Notes: generated from the letters alone by a model not told the origin. Positions 1-14,808 are shown, counted from the first letter of the stretch. The stretch is 64,000 nt of DNA from Octopus sinensis (GCF_006345805.1 NC_043002.1:59148001-59212000), one strand, 5' to 3'. Program-made: numbers and translations.

Positions 1-187
1 TGTGTGTGTGTGTGTGTGTGTGCATGCAGATTTGTATGTATACTCATGCATATAGTTGCATATGTAGATATGTTTAAATATACTTAAATAATAAACTTCT
101 GGTTTTACAGAAGTTTTTTCAGATTTTTACAGTTCCAGTTATGTGTGTGTGTGTGTGTCTATATAAATGTACATATATATGTATATA

Positions 188-760
188 GGTGCAGGCATGG
201 CTGTGTAGTAAGTCGCTTGCTTATCAACCACATGGTTCTGGGTTCAGTCCCACTGCATGGTACTTTGGGCTAGTGTCTTCTACTATAGCCTCGGGCCAAC
301 CGAAGTCTTGTGAGTGGATTTGGTAGACGGAAACTGAAAGAAGCCCGTGCGGGTGGCACGTAAAAAGCACCCACTACACTCACGGAGTGGTTGGCGTTAG
401 GAAGGGCATCCAGCCGTAGAAACACTGCCAGATTTGACTGGGCCTGATGAAGCCTTCTGGCTTCACAGACCCCAGTAGAACCGTCCAACCCATGCTAGCA
501 TGGAAAACGGACGCTAAATGATGATGATGATGATGATGATATATATATACAATGTGCGTCAGTGTTTGTCTCTGCCACCATCGCTTGACAACCGATACTG
601 GTGTGTTTACCTCCCTGTAACTTAGTGGTTAGGCAAAAGAGACCGATAGAATAAATAATAGGCTTACAAAGAATAAGTCCTGGGGTTGATTTGTTTGAGT
701 AAAAGGCGGTGCTCCAGCATGGCCGCAATCAAATGACTGAAATAAGTAAAAGAATAAGAA
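188..760 (+). mobile_element. tRNA-derived SINE (family A) interrupted by a family C element
   Basis: Head GGTGCAGGCATGGCTGTGTAG (A-box-like) and GGTTCAGTCCC (B-box-like), CORE-like TTGGGC.AGTGTCTT, body and ...GACTGAAATAAGTAAAAG tail shared with more than 10 other copies in the window. Confidence 0.85.
349..540 (+). mobile_element. Short non-autonomous retroelement (family C) ending in (GAT)n, probably RTE-mobilised
   Basis: GGCGTTAGGAAGGGCATCCAGC...CCAACCCATGCTAGCATGGAAAACGGACGCTAAA(TGA)n; related copies at about 2040, 10062, 11368, 31838, 32935, 40096, 47440, 50720, 56026, 56350. Confidence 0.75.
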
Positions 761-1734
761 TATATATGTCCAACCAATGCCAACATAAGCAGAGGACAAT
801 CAATGAGATATGACAAGGAAGGAGAAGAAGGTAAGAGAGAAAGAGGATCTAAAAGAAATATGTGACTGTGGAGGCCTTGCTGCTCTGGGCCATGAGTTTG
901 GTGTCAATGAATCTACCATTCATTCAATTTCCTTACTGTATAAACATGATCCATTTATCACTCTGTTTCTCCCCCCCCCCCCGTGATAAATGAGTGTTTA
1001 AATACACTGATGTTCTTTCACCTAATTTTCCTGTATTGAAGTGAAACTCTAACAATGTGACTTTCCGACCAGCCTCCAGCTAACCTCTGATGAATACCAC
1101 AAAGATAAGAGAGCAATTACTTTTTATTAAAGTTTAAATCAAATAATAAACCTTTGTGATTATCCATTAAGTAAGCTTTGTTGAAAGACAAAACGAGTTA
1201 AGTTTTATTGCCTGAAGCAATGAACTACAAAAGACTGAAATGAACTCAGTTTTTATTATGTAGTAATAATAATGATAATATTAATAATAATAATAATAAT
1301 AATAATAGTAATAATAATAATAATAATAATAGTAGTAGCCTTCAATCCAATGACTTCATCAATTATGTTGCGATTATCATTTATGCAGTCTTGTCTTAAG
1401 CTCACTTTTAAACAATACGGCAAACACACACTTTCCTGCCGAGCTGCTGTTTGTCCTGCGTAATACTTTGTTGACACACATACGCGCATGCAAACTCACA
1501 CATGCAGACATACATGTACACAACCGTGTATATGTATATATATATATGTAAAAAAAAATTGTCAATGCAAAATTTATTGGGGTGAAAGTTCACTGCTAGA
1601 CTGTTAAGCATCTTCGTTGTAAAACTGAGAAGCTGATGGGGTTTCTTCCATAGTCTCACATAAACCGGTAAGCAAAACATTTTATGTGTGGTGTGTGTGT
1701 GTGTGTGTGTGTGTGTGCACTTATGTATTTAATT

Positions 1735-2052
1735 ATAATCATCATCACCATCATCATCATCATTATCACCAGCATCATCATAACCATCGCCATCATCATC
1801 GCCATCATCATCACCATCACCACCATCATCACCATCACCACCATCATCATCATCACCACCATTACATCATCATCATCATCACCATCACATCACCTTCATC
1901 ATCACCATCATCATCACCACATCACCGTCATCATCACCATCACCACCAACAACACCACCATCATCATCATCACCAACATCAACATCATCACCAACGTCAT
2001 CATTATCACCATCATCATTATCACTACCATCATCATCATCAACACCATCATT
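1735..2052. repeat. (CAT/CAC)n trinucleotide microsatellite, continuous with the tail of a minus-strand family C copy
   Basis: Read directly; explains the poly-His and poly-Ile ORFs. Confidence 0.95.
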
Positions 2053-2511
2053 TAATGTCCATTTTCCATGCCAGCATGGGTTTTGTGGTTTGACTGGAAA
2101 TGGTAAGCCAGAGAGCTGCAACCATGCTCCAGTCTGGTTTGGTTTGGTTTCTACAGCTGGATGCCCTTCCTAACGCCAACTCACTCTGAGAGTGCAGTGG
2201 GTGCCTTTTACGTGTCACCAACATGCATGCCTTTTATGTGTTACTGGCACAGGTGCCTTTTCCGTACCGCTGGTACAAGTTTTAAATTTTGGCCCAAGGC
2301 TAGCAGTTTTGGGGAAGGAGCCAAGCTGGTTACAGCAACCCCAGTACGCAACTGGTATTTATTTTATTTACCCTGCAGGGACAAAAGGCAAAACCAACCC
2401 CGAGAGCATTTGAACTCAAAATGTACAGACAGATGAAATACCACTAAGCATTTTGCCTGGTGTGCTAAATACTCTGCCTGCTCACTCCCTTCAATATTCA
2501 TTCTTCTATAG

Positions 2512-2778
2512 CAGTGGTTCCCAAAGTAGGTAGTATTGCCCCCCTGGCAGGGTTTGAAAATTCCAAGGGGATTTGAAGAAAATAATGGGGCTATAATGGG
2601 GTAGCGATTCATGTAAAATAATGGGTTCATGTGATTAAGTTTTATTTGTGAAGTACAGTTGCTTTGAATTTGCTTCAGAAAGAGGTCTGTGTTTGTGATG
2701 GTTAGTTGGGGTGGGGGCACTAGGAATGTGGCCTGGGTGTCAAAGGGTCAGCAGCCCGAAAATGTTTGGGAACCACTG
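2512..2778. mobile_element. hAT (Charlie-like) MITE
   Basis: TIRs CAGTGGTTCCCAAA / TTTGGGAACCACTG; 8-bp TSD TTCTATAG / TTCTGTAG. Confidence 0.9.
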
Positions 2779-2975
2779 TTCTGTAGGAACATCTTGTGGA
2801 AAGGGTCATGTCGATTACATTGGCACCAGTGCTCGATTGATACTTGTTTTCATCAACACTGAAAGGGAGGAAAGGCGAAGCCAACCTTGCTGGGGTTTGA
2901 ACTCAGAACATAAAACTAGAAAACATACAGTTTAGCATTTTGGTTTTGCATGCTAATGTTTCTGCCAGCTTGCTG

Positions 2976-3015
<40 letters not shown>

Positions 3016-4660
3016 CAACCTTTCTATTATAGGTACAAGGTCTGAAGTTTTGGGGGAGGAGACTAGTTGATTACATTGACACCCACTCCAGAATTTCACT
3101 GATATTTAATTTATTGACTCCAAAAGGAGGAAAGGCAAAGTCACCCATGGCAGACTTTGAACTCAGAACGTAAGGACATACAAAATGCCGCTAAGCATTT
3201 TGCCCCTTCATGCTGTCAATTCTGTCAGGTTGCTGCTTTATAATAATAATAACAATAACAAAACCGACTCCACCAAAAATCATTTTGTTTCCACTTTTCT
3301 GTGCTGTTGACTTAATTTGATTAATCACTTTTGTTTTGTATAATTATAAATAACACCATTTCCAAAATATTCAGACATTTGTACGGATTTTTGTAACGTT
3401 ATAATTTCAACTTTTAAAGGGTCACACCATATGTAGATGACCCTTGTGAGGCACCATTTGATAATGATTGAGGTTGTCCTCCTCCTCCCCCTCCTCCCTT
3501 CATCCCCCCTCCCCCCATCCTCCCCATCCTCCTCCCCCCTCCTGTAATTCAAAGGGCCAGCCTTGTCACATTCTGTTTCATGCTAAATCTCCCAAATGCT
3601 CTTCCAGATTCAGTTTGTTAATCATTCAGAACCCTTAACCCTTAGAATCATTTCAGACGTTTAACAATCCCTTGGATACCCACATAGACATCTCAGGGGT
3701 CAATATTGACCACTTTGCTGAGCCCTGTCCTAACACAACACAAAACTACCAATGGCTGACTTCTCAATGACTGCCTCACTGTTACCCTGGCATCCCAGTG
3801 GCGCTTTGTGTCCTTGGGCAAGACACTTTATTTCACATTCCATTAGTTTATTCTGCTGGCAAAAATGGGTAGTATCTGTATTTCAAAGGGCCAGCCTTGT
3901 CACTTTCTGCATCGTGCTGAATTTCCCAGAGAACAATACATTAAGTGTATGCATGTCTGTGAAGTGCTCAGCCACTTTCCCATTGCTTTCATGAGCAGGC
4001 TGTTCCATTGCTTGTATTAACTAGAACACTTGTCATCGTAACCAATGGAGAACCAAGAATTCAAGTACTTTAATTGGTACCTATTTGATTCCTAGTAGCA
4101 GACAGATTTCATTCTTTGTCCACCAAAATCCATTCCCACCAAACCACCCACCTACACTTCCAAATTTATCTCGTAGCCCAGCTTAGTACACCAACCAAAC
4201 ATACAGGTATTGTAAAGATAAGGATTATATTGGCTGTGTTGTTGTTGTATTAGTAGTGTACTTATTAAAACTGTTGGCTGACTGATGACTGACTTGTCTT
4301 GTCTAGGCATATAAAAAGCCTGTTTACTGTTTTTCTCCTCTCTGCCCATATTTCTGACATCATGTTTTGTGTAAGCCAGTGAGGGAAGGAGGACCTCTAT
4401 GCGATCACTCAGTCTGCTAGAAATAACAACCTAACCTTCCTTAAACCATGCGCTACTGTCTTAAAAGAAAGGAAACACGTAGTGTAGTGCAAGCCTGGGT
4501 TCATTGCATATAGGTTAAAGATGGGATAAGATGGGATGGTCATGGCTGAAATACCTTTGGTCAATGGTCTACTCTATTAGGGCTCAACAATAAGGACCAC
4601 ATCAGTGACTACAACTACTTCATGCTGTGATGTAATGCACTCAATATGTGCATTTTGCAA

Positions 4661-4870
4661 GGCAGCGAGCTGGCAGAAATGTTAGCATGCCGGGCGAAAT
4701 GCTTAGCAGTATTTTGTCTGTCTTTATGGTCTGAGTTCAAATTCAGCCAAAGACAACTTTGCTTTTCAGCATTTTGGGGTCAATAAATTAAGTACCAGTT
4801 GTATACTAGGGTCGATCTAATTGACTGGACCTTCCCCTAAAATTTTGGACCTTGTGCCTAGATAGAAAGG
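4661..4870 (+). mobile_element. tRNA-like SINE family B, tail type B1
   Basis: GGCAGCGAGCTGGCAGAA head, GAGTTCAAATTC B-box-like motif, central GGGGTCAATAAATTAAGTACCAG, tail CCTTGTGCCTAGATAGAAAGG; other copies at 14819, 45258, 45480, 55149. Confidence 0.8.
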
Positions 4871-5224
4871 AGTATGTGTATGTCACTGTGAACCCAAGAG
4901 TGTAAACATGATTATGAATATATGCATGTTAATGTGTTTGCATAAATCAATATGTGTGTGAGTGTGCGTACATGCATGCATGTTAATATTTTGTTGGATG
5001 CATATGTGCATAACACTATATGTATATGTGTGTGTGTGTGTGTATATATATATATGTGTGTGTTATGTGCATGAGGCACAAGGAGTGAGAGTATTAATGC
5101 TGGATTGTGTATTAATTGCAAATATTACGAGTTACGTTTTGTATAAATATGTGTACACATATACACACACATTTGTTCATGTTAGTATGTGTGCATGTGT
5201 ATCTGTCTGTCTGTCTGTCCCTCC

Positions 5225-5483
<259 letters not shown>

Positions 5484-5499
5484 ATAATATATATGTATA

Positions 5500-5818
5500 T
5501 ATAACATGTGACTTCATTGACCGAGGTTACCGTGGTCTTTTCCGTAGGCTTTTCTTTCCACGGGTAAACCTCACCTGTCCTCCCCTTTACACTTCATATT
5601 GACATTTCTGTGATTACGATCCCTATTGATCAGCTTTTTTCCCCCCTCCCCTTCCCCCCCCCCTTTTTAAAATCCTCCCCTTTTTTTGTCCTATTTCTTT
5701 CCTTTTACGATCCCTTTTGATCGAAAACCAACCCCCTCTTTTATACCCCCAAAAGAAAAGCTCTACCTTGTAATTTGTTCTGTCTGTGTGCAGCCCTGTG
5801 TGGCTAATAAAGAAACAT
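5500..5818 (+). mobile_element. 3' UTR-only copy of the adjacent L1/Tx1-like LINE
   Basis: Near-identical to 6975-7314; ends AATAAAGAAACA followed by (TATC)n. Confidence 0.9.
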
Positions 5819-5824
5819 ATCTAC

Positions 5825-5868
<44 letters not shown>

Positions 5869-5928
5869 TTATCTACCTAACTACCTAACTATCTATCTAT
5901 CTACCTAACTACCTATCTATCTATCTAC

Positions 5929-5984
<56 letters not shown>

Positions 5985-6911
5985 AGGCGATCCATTTGCT
6001 GTCAACACCCGTTAAAAGGAGGGCTGGGCATGCCGTGGTTGATGATGCGCAGACACGCGCTGAGACTGCGACATCTCTGGCTCTATGTAGACGACGGTGA
6101 ACAGGTGTGGTCGCCGTTTGTGAGGCACGCTTTCCCGCAGCTCGTCTCCATGACCGAACTGCAGTCGTGGATCAAAAAGAGGCCGAGGAAGGGCGAATGG
6201 CACCGCGAGTGTCGCGTTGCTCTCAAGCAACTCTGCCGTCCTGGGTCGACTTTAAGTGACTTCAACACAACCAAAGCATTCTATAGGGGTTTAGTGGAGG
6301 GGAGGTACGACGACGAGCTCGGGGCGAACCTGGACGTCGACGAGGTGTACCTGACCCGCCTGTTCGGGACGACTTTCGGGCCAGGGCCCATGGACAACTT
6401 CCAGAGATCCCTGGCCTGGCAGTGCTACCGAGAAGCGCTACCCGTTCGGGATAAGCTCTACAGACACGGCTCGAGAAACACGGGGCCGACCTGCCCGAGA
6501 TGCGGTCAGAGCGACGAAACCGTTCTGCACGCACTCGTTCAGTGTCCAACAATTTCCGACCTGTGGGCTTATGTCGAACAACTGCTGTCACGTGTGGGAC
6601 GAGTCGGTTTATCAGCTGAGTCTATCGTCAATATTGTCACGCCTCCTTCCTTCAAACGGGAAGGAAGAGCTATTTTCATCATCCTTGTGGCTATGGCGAA
6701 AGAATGTATCTGGTGGACGCGTCTGAAAGGATTGGGGACAAACACTTTCCTCTCTGGTCAATCTCTCATCAACTTCTTCAAGTACCACTTGAAAAGGAAA
6801 GTGAGAGTAGAGAGGCAAGTTTTGTCTAGCGAATGTTTTAAAAAAAGATGGGTGAATGTAGCAAGAATGGCACGTATGAATGACGAAGCCACCTTGAGCA
6901 TAGTCCTATGA
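5985..6911 (+). CDS. LINE ORF2 C-terminal fragment (post-RT region plus zf-RVT zinc knuckle); no true start
   Basis: Open frame from the 5' junction: RRSICCQHPLKGGLGMP (GGLG motif) ... WQCYREALPVRDKL ... CPRCGQSDETVLHALVQC (CxxC...H...C) ... IWWTR, typical of L1/Tx1 ORF2. Confidence 0.88.
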   Translation, partial: RRSICCQHPLKGGLGMPWLMMRRHALRLRHLWLYVDDGEQVWSPFVRHAFPQLVSMTELQSWIKKRPRKGEWHRECRVALKQLCRPGSTLSDFNTTKAFYRGLVEGRYDDELGANLDVDEVYLTRLFGTTFGPGPMDNFQRSLAWQCYREALPVRDKLYRHGSRNTGPTCPRCGQSDETVLHALVQCPTISDLWAYVEQLLSRVGRVGLSAESIVNIVTPPSFKREGRAIFIILVAMAKECIWWTRLKGLGTNTFLSGQSLINFFKYHLKRKVRVERQVLSSECFKKRWVNVARMARMNDEATLSIVL

Positions 6912-7119
6912 ACCCAGAAATCGAAAACAGAGAGTTGCTTATTTGCAAAAAAAAAAAAAAAAAAAAAAAGAAATATAAAATGTGACTTCATTGACCGAGG
7001 TTACCGTGGTCTTTTCTGCAGGCTTTTCTTTCCACGGGTAAACCTCACCTGTCCTCCCCTTTACACTTCATATTGACATTTCTGTGATAACGATCCCTAT
7101 TGATCATTTTTTTTTCTCT

Positions 7120-7150
<31 letters not shown>

Positions 7151-7314
7151 TAACCCCCCTTATTTTTGTCCTCTTTCTCTCCTTTTACGATCCCTTTTGA
7201 TCGACCTCCCCCTTCCTTTTTTTTTTTTTTTTTTTTTTAATACCTTCAAAAGAAAAGCTCTACCTTGTAATTTGTTCTATCTGTGTGCAGCCCTGTGTGG
7301 CTAATAAAGAAACA
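5985..7314 (+). mobile_element. 5'-truncated L1/Tx1-clade non-LTR retrotransposon
   Basis: GC/CpG-rich island with an uninterrupted ORF2 C-terminus and a pyrimidine-rich 3' UTR, flanked on both sides by (TCTA)n. Confidence 0.9.
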
Positions 7315-7412
<98 letters not shown>

Positions 7413-7449
7413 CCTATCTATCTATCTACCTATCTATCATTCTACCTAC

Positions 7450-7481
<32 letters not shown>

Positions 7482-7642
7482 TGGTCTGTCGGTCTCTCTC
7501 TACACACACACTCATGCACACACGTATGTGTATGTGTTGTATGTATATGAATATTCATGTATATGTATGGTGTTAGTGTATGTGTGTGTGTGTATCTCTG
7601 TTTGTCTATCTATCTCTGTCTGTATGTGTATATAAACATATA

Positions 7643-7678
<36 letters not shown>

Positions 7679-8629
7679 ACATACATACATATATATACAT
7701 GTATATATATATGAGGGGGAGGAGGGGGACTAGCAAGAGGAAAGAAAGAAAACAGGGTAATATCTAAAGAGGAGGGTGGAGGATAGAGACTAAAAGGTAG
7801 ACACCTACAATTATTTATTTTTTGTTAAGATGTGGATTATGAGATCTGATTTAAAAGTGGTGGTGGTGGTGATTGTGGTGGGGTGAGGAGGGTAACATAG
7901 GAGATGGGTGAGGAGAAGTGGGTATGACTGGTGAAAGTTCCAGCAACAGGATTATGTCAGGTCAAAGGTGAGAAAGGCAGAAAGTAGTAAATAGAGAGAG
8001 GGGGGAGGGGTAGTGTGGGGAGTGCTGGAGAGAGAGAGAGTAAAGTGAGAAAGAGTGGTAAGTTATATATATAGAGAGAGATGGAGATAGAAAGAGGGAG
8101 GTGGAGAGTGGAGGAGAAAGGAAAAAGAAGAGAGAGAGGATTGAGGATGAGAGATGATAGAGAAAGACTAAGTGAATAGAGACAGTGAGAAGAAAGGAGA
8201 GGTGAGAGGACTTATATTTAAGGAGTGAGGAGAGAGGGAGAGAATTTATTATAGAAAGAGTGAAGAGTAAACAAGAAAGTGAAGTGGTTGGTGAAGAGAA
8301 AGAGAAGAGCAAGGAGGAATGAAGGGGAATGGAATGTTGTGGATTAGAGAGATGAGATAAAGAGAAAGAAGAAAGAAATACAGCAAAAGAGAAAAAAAAA
8401 ATCTAAACTCTGCTTCCCCTCTTTCTCTCTCTTCTTCTCTGTTTTCCTGGACTGGCTCTTTTATTCAAGGGTCTGACTTCACCACACACTGCACCATCCC
8501 TATTTCGGCAGAGAATTGTATTAAGGGTACATGTATCAGTAAAATATTAAGAGTACTCGGGTACTTAAATTTTAATTCCATATAACCGGAAGTTTGTGGT
8601 CAAAACCAACAGAGTATCTACCAACCTAC

Positions 8630-8664
<35 letters not shown>

Positions 8665-9115
8665 TTAATCAATAGAAATATTTAATCAAAGAAATTACAG
8701 GGTAAATGTTTTTTAAATTTTCTCCTGGTTTACGGAATTGACTTTTATTTGCGGTTGAAGCTTTGGCTGTTATTTCTAGTGGGTGAATGGCCTATTATGG
8801 CCGTTCCTTGATTGTTTATGTATATATATATATATGTGTGTGTGTGTGTTCTTTTTTCTTTTATTCTTTTATTTGTTTCAGTTATTTGACTGCAGCCATG
8901 CTGGAGCACCGTCTTTAGTCAAGCAATTCAACCCCAGGACTTATTCTTTGAAAGCCTAGTACTTATTCTATCGGTCTCTTTTGCCGAACTGTTAACTTAC
9001 AGGGATGTAAACATGCCAATATAGGTTATCAATCGATGGTAGGGGGACAAGCGCAGAAACAAAAACACACATATACATACATACACACACACACACATAC
9101 ACACACACGTATATA

Positions 9116-9155
<40 letters not shown>

Positions 9156-9338
9156 GCTTCTTTCAGTTTCCATCTACCAAATCCACTCATAAGGCTTTGG
9201 TCAGCCTGAGGCTATAGTAGAAGACAGTTGCCCAAGGTGCCACGCAGTGGGTCTGAACCCAAAATCATGTGGTTGGTAAGCAAGCTACTTACCATACAGC
9301 CACTCCTGCACCTATAATTTATATATATATTCATCTGT

Positions 9339-9373
<35 letters not shown>

Positions 9374-9528
9374 TTAATCAATAGAAATATTTAATCAAAG
9401 AAATTACAGGGTAAATGTTTTTTAATTTTCTCCTGGTTTACGGAATTGACTTTTATTTGCGGTTGAAGCTTTGGCTGTTATTTCTAGTGGGTGAATGGCC
9501 TATTATGGCCGTTCCTTGATTGTTTATG

Positions 9529-9559
<31 letters not shown>

Positions 9560-9818
9560 TCTTTTTTCTTTTATTCTTTTATTTGTTTCAGTTATTTGAC
9601 TGCAGCCATGCTGGAGCACCGTCTTTAGTCAAGCAATTCAACCCCAGGACTTATTCTTTGAAAGCCTAGTACTTATTCTATCGGTCTCTTTTGCCGAACT
9701 GTTAACTTACAGGGATGTAAACATGCCAATATAGGTTATCAATCGATGGTAGGGGGACAAGCGCAGAAACAAAAACACACATATACATACATACACACAC
9801 ACACACATACACACACAC

Positions 9819-9859
<41 letters not shown>

Positions 9860-10045
9860 GCTTCTTTCAGTTTCCATCTACCAAATCCACTCATAAGGCT
9901 TTGGTCAGCCTGAGGCTATAGTAGAAGACAGTTGCCCAAGGTGCCACGCAGTGGGTCTGAACCCAAAATCATGTGGTTGGTAAGCAAGCTACTTACCATA
10001 CAGCCACTCCTGCACCTATAATTTATATATATATTCATCTGTTAT
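8630..10045. repeat. Head-to-tail tandem duplication of about 705 bp, each unit containing a minus-strand family A SINE
   Basis: 8630-9340 and 9341-10045 read as identical except for homopolymer and microsatellite lengths; junctions lie in (TA)n. Confidence 0.95.
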
Positions 10046-10472
10046 ATATATATATATATATTCGTCCGTTGTCCATGCTGGTATGGGTTGGACAGTTTGA
10101 CCAGGGCTGGCACGCTGGAATGCTTCACCAGACTCCAGTCTGATTTCACATGGCTTTCTACAGCTGGATGCCCTTCATAATGCCAACCACTCCCAGAGTG
10201 TAATGGACGGTTTTACGTGCCACTGGCACAGGTACCAATTTGCATGACACCAGTATCTGCCACAACGGTGATTTTGTACAGCTTGATGGATCTTCTCAAG
10301 CATGAAATAATGCCAATAATTGCCGCTATGAGGCCCAACACTTGAAAGGAATACAGCTGGATACCCTTTCTAATGCCAACCACTCCGAGAGTGTCGTGGG
10401 TGCTTTTTCGTGCCCCTGGCATGAGGGCCAGTCAGGTTGTACTGGCAATGGCCATGCTCAAATGATATGTGA

Positions 10473-10516
<44 letters not shown>

Positions 10517-10766
10517 GTGTGTGTATGTATATATATATATATACATCTGTTATATCAATTATGCATTGATATAAGAATAAGTTGTTCAATAAAGCCCAAA
10601 ACATATGTACCACAAAATCCTTTGCATCCTGTTTTTCATTTACTTCATTTGATACATATATCCTATCACCTATGCGACTAGCTGGCATATACAGGTGCTT
10701 ACATTTATCAAGTATTCACCCTGAATTTATTGTACCTATATATATATATACATATGTATATGTGTA

Positions 10767-10797
<31 letters not shown>

Positions 10798-12840
10798 GTA
10801 TATGTGTCTGCGTATATACATATATGTTTATGTGTGTGTGTTTATATATTGCCTAATGAGGGAGGATTGTAGTTCCATTCAATTAGTCAACTTGCTGCCT
10901 AAACTCCAACTTGAACTGCAACTAAAATATTTTGTCAAAGTTTAAATAAATAAATGTCATAACCTGACCAAGTACCAATTGTTTGTTTGTTTACATCTTT
11001 TTATCCATTATCATATTCTGTAAGCGCTGGACGAAACGCTTAGATGTATTTCACCCATTGCTACGTTCAAAGTTCAAATTCCACCGAGGTCGACTTTGCC
11101 TTTCATCCTCTTGGAGTTGATGAATTAAACAGCAGTAAAACACTGGGGACAATGTAAACGACTATCCCTGCACCCCCTAATTTCAAGCCTTGTGCCTGTA
11201 ATAGAAAAGATTATTATATATTGTAAGCCATCTTAGATTATTGTCTTCCATGAATGTGCTGGCTGCTATGTGAGGCTAATCCTACTTTTACAGACTCAGG
11301 ATAGGACTTCAACAACTAATTTTAATGATGTGTATGTATACCCCTCTCTCTGTTGCTGTATGTATGTATCATCATTATCATCATCATTTAACGTCTGTTT
11401 TCCATGCTGGCATAAGTTGGACGGTTCGACAGGGGTCTGGGAAGTCAGGAGGCTGCACCAGGCTCCAGTCTGATCTGGCAGTGTTTCTACAGCTAGATGC
11501 CCTTCTTAATGCCAACTACTCCAAGAGTGTAGTGGGTGCTTTTACATGCCACCAGCAAAGGGGCCAGAGAAGCTGGCATTGACCACAATCGGATAGTGCT
11601 TTTTATGTGCCACCAGCCCAGGGGCCAGAGGAGCTGGCTTCGACCATGTTCGGGTGGTGCTTTTTATGTGCTACTGGCACGGGACTCACAACTACAATTT
11701 CGATTTGATTTGATTTTGATATTGCTGACGTTGATGTATATATATATATATATATATATTTAGGAGTCTATGAGGATTACTTGATACAGTTTTTGAAGTG
11801 TAAATGTGATTCTTTTTAAAAAAATAAAATTATTTTTTAAAAAGATGTTATGGAATCTTTTATGAGGATGTCAGTAACCATTTTTGGTGGGGAAGAAGTT
11901 TTTTTCTGATATGTGAGCACTTTCGTTACATCTTTTCAAACATGTGCTCTTAGAGAGGAAGTTGTGTGCACTGCCTTTAATTGAACAAATTGACTCCCAG
12001 GATATATTGTTTGTAAGCCTAGTACTTATTCTTTCGGTCTCTTTTGCCAAACTGCTAAGTTACGTGCCGCGTAAACATGCCAACATTGGTTGTTAAAAGG
12101 ATTTTATCCTATATATGCTGTTCTATCAGTACTTACTTGTTGAAAAATATATCTTTCTACTTGTACTATATCTATCTATCTATATCTATCTATATCTGTC
12201 TATCTATATCTATATCTATCTATATCTATCTCTCTGTCTATCTATATCAATCTCTCTGTCTATCTGTCTATCTATCTATCTATCTATCTATATCTATCTC
12301 TCTGTCTATCTATATCTATCTCTCTGTCTATCTGTCTATCTATATCTATCTCTCTGTCTGTCTGTCTATCTATCTATATATCTATATCTATCTATATCTA
12401 TCTGTCTGTCTATCTATCTGTCTCTATCTATCTATCTATATCCATCCATCTATGTCTGTCTGTCTGTATATATACACGACAGGCTTCTTTCAGTTTCCGT
12501 CTATCTAATCCAATCTATACTTTAGTGTTTGCTTTTATGTCAAGTTATATTATAAAAACTGTTTAATATTAAACTGAAAGGTTACTCAGTGCTTTTAGCT
12601 GGGTACAGATTTATTATAAGTAAAAAATTGACTGTGACTTCGAAGTTCCTGTTCGTTTGCCCATCCTCAGTCAGTCTGCAAAAAGCTAGCAAGCTGAAAC
12701 TTCAGAGTCACTGTCAACGTTTTCCCTGTAACTTAGTGGTTTGACAAAAGACACTGATTGAATAAATAACAGGCTTGAAAAGAAAAATAAGTGCTGGGGT
12801 CAATTTGTTTGATTAAAAATTGTTCAAGATGTGTGTGCAT

Positions 12841-12875
<35 letters not shown>

Positions 12876-14039
12876 TATATATCTTTAATTTTCTGTTTGT
12901 TTCAGTCATTAGACTACAGCCATGCTGGGGCATCACCTTGAACAATGTTTGTGTGTGCATGTGTGTGTGCATGCATGTGTGTGTGTGTGTTGTGTGTGTG
13001 TGTGCGTGCGCATATGCATGCATATACTTCATACGCTACAGAATTAAACATAAAAATTGGAGAAGCTTTATTTATGTGCATATATTGTGCCTACGTAACT
13101 GTGTGTAATTGACTGTATACACAAAACACATACACAGACACGTGCGCATCCATGTGCACACATGTGCATGCATGCACACGCTTATTTACACTCCATCTTG
13201 TTCGATGTGCACAAGGCATTCTTTTATTAATGGTTTTATAAATTTCTAGGAAGTCGACTTTCATTTGGCACTTGAACTACATAACAACAACAAAAAACGC
13301 TCACACACACACACGGAAATCTACACATACATACCCACACATACATATACAGAAGTATACACACATGCACGCACGTACACACACACACACACACACACAC
13401 AGAGAAATATACACACACATAGAAATATACACACATGCCCATATACCCACACATACACACAGAAATATACATAGACATGCACACACACACACACACACAC
13501 ACAGACACACATGCACACACGTACACACACATACACACACACAGAAATATACACACACATACACACAAACATATGCACATACAGAATTATACACACACAT
13601 GCACATATACCCCTCACACACAGAAATATACACACACAGACACATACCCACATACGCACACACAGAAATATTCACACATACCCCCCCCACACACACAAAT
13701 GGTTTAATATATGAGAACTGGAATTAATGTTACGAGCTGTTCGATTATGAAACAAGAATGGATTCGGTTACAAAAGCGCTTATAATTTCACTTGAAATGT
13801 TACGTCTGCAGAATAATCTAGAAAATTATCGAATGAAACAAAAATGGATGAAATAAATTGTAAAAAAAAACCTAGAAATGTTGAGTGTAATCAGATACAA
13901 AATATAAAATTATACGTTGGATTGTTAGGTAAATTAGTTCTTTTTTTTTTTTTTCATTTATTTCAACGGTTTTATATATTTAGTGGGAGGCATGGGTGGA
14001 TGTGTTGTTAGGAAGCTCATTTCCTAACCATGTGGTTTC

Positions 14040-14435
14040 AACATTATTTACATTTGATGGATATTTGTCCCCATATTGTTTGTTGTTAACACAACATTTC
14101 GGCTGATATACCCTCCAGCCTTCATTAGGTGTCTTGGGGAAATTTTGAACCTGGGGTTCTCACTCCTAAGGTATTTTTTGATGTTATAATTCTTCTTCTT
14201 CCTCCTCCTCCTCCTCCTCCTTCTTCTTCTTCTTCTTCTTCTTAATAATAATAATAACATCGAAAAATACCTTAGGAATGAGAACCCAGGTTCGAAATTT
14301 CCCCAAGACACCTGATGAAAGCTGGACGGTATATCAGCCGAAACATTGTGTTAACAACAAACAAGATGAGGACAAATATCTGTCAAATGTAAATATTGTA
14401 CATAATTCCTCGTCTCTTAAATATAGAACTGCATT
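14040..14435. mobile_element. Family D fold-back element, headless copy with a microsatellite spacer
   Basis: Inverted arms 14041-14188 and about 14250-14400; TSD ATGTGGTTTC at 14030-14039 and 14436-14445; splits an old family A SINE. Confidence 0.85.
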
Positions 14436-14773
14436 ATGTGGTTTCTAGTTCAGACCTACTGTACATCACCTTAGGCAAGTGTCTTTAGCCCCAGGCAAAC
14501 GAAAGCCCTCTGCATGGATTTTGTGGATGGAAACTCAAACAAGTTTGTCGCATATCATCATCATCATTTAGTGCCCATTTTCCATGCTGGCATGAGTTGA
14601 ACAATTTGACAGAAGCCGGCAAGCCAGAGAGCTATGCCAAGCTCCAATTGTCTGTTTTGGTATAGTTTCTGTGGCTGGAATCCCTTCCTGATGCCAACCA
14701 TTTTACAAAGTGTACGAGGAGCTTTTTAAGTAGCACTAGAATGAATGCATTTTACATAGAACCAGCAAGTAAT

Positions 14774-14808
<35 letters not shown>

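Noticed and set aside
1684-2093. Poly-His and poly-Ile ORFs
   Set aside because: Translations of (CAT)n; no splice context or composition shift
4100-4210. Exon ending at CAG|gtattg
   Set aside because: Ambiguous acceptor, stops in two frames, no recognisable peptide
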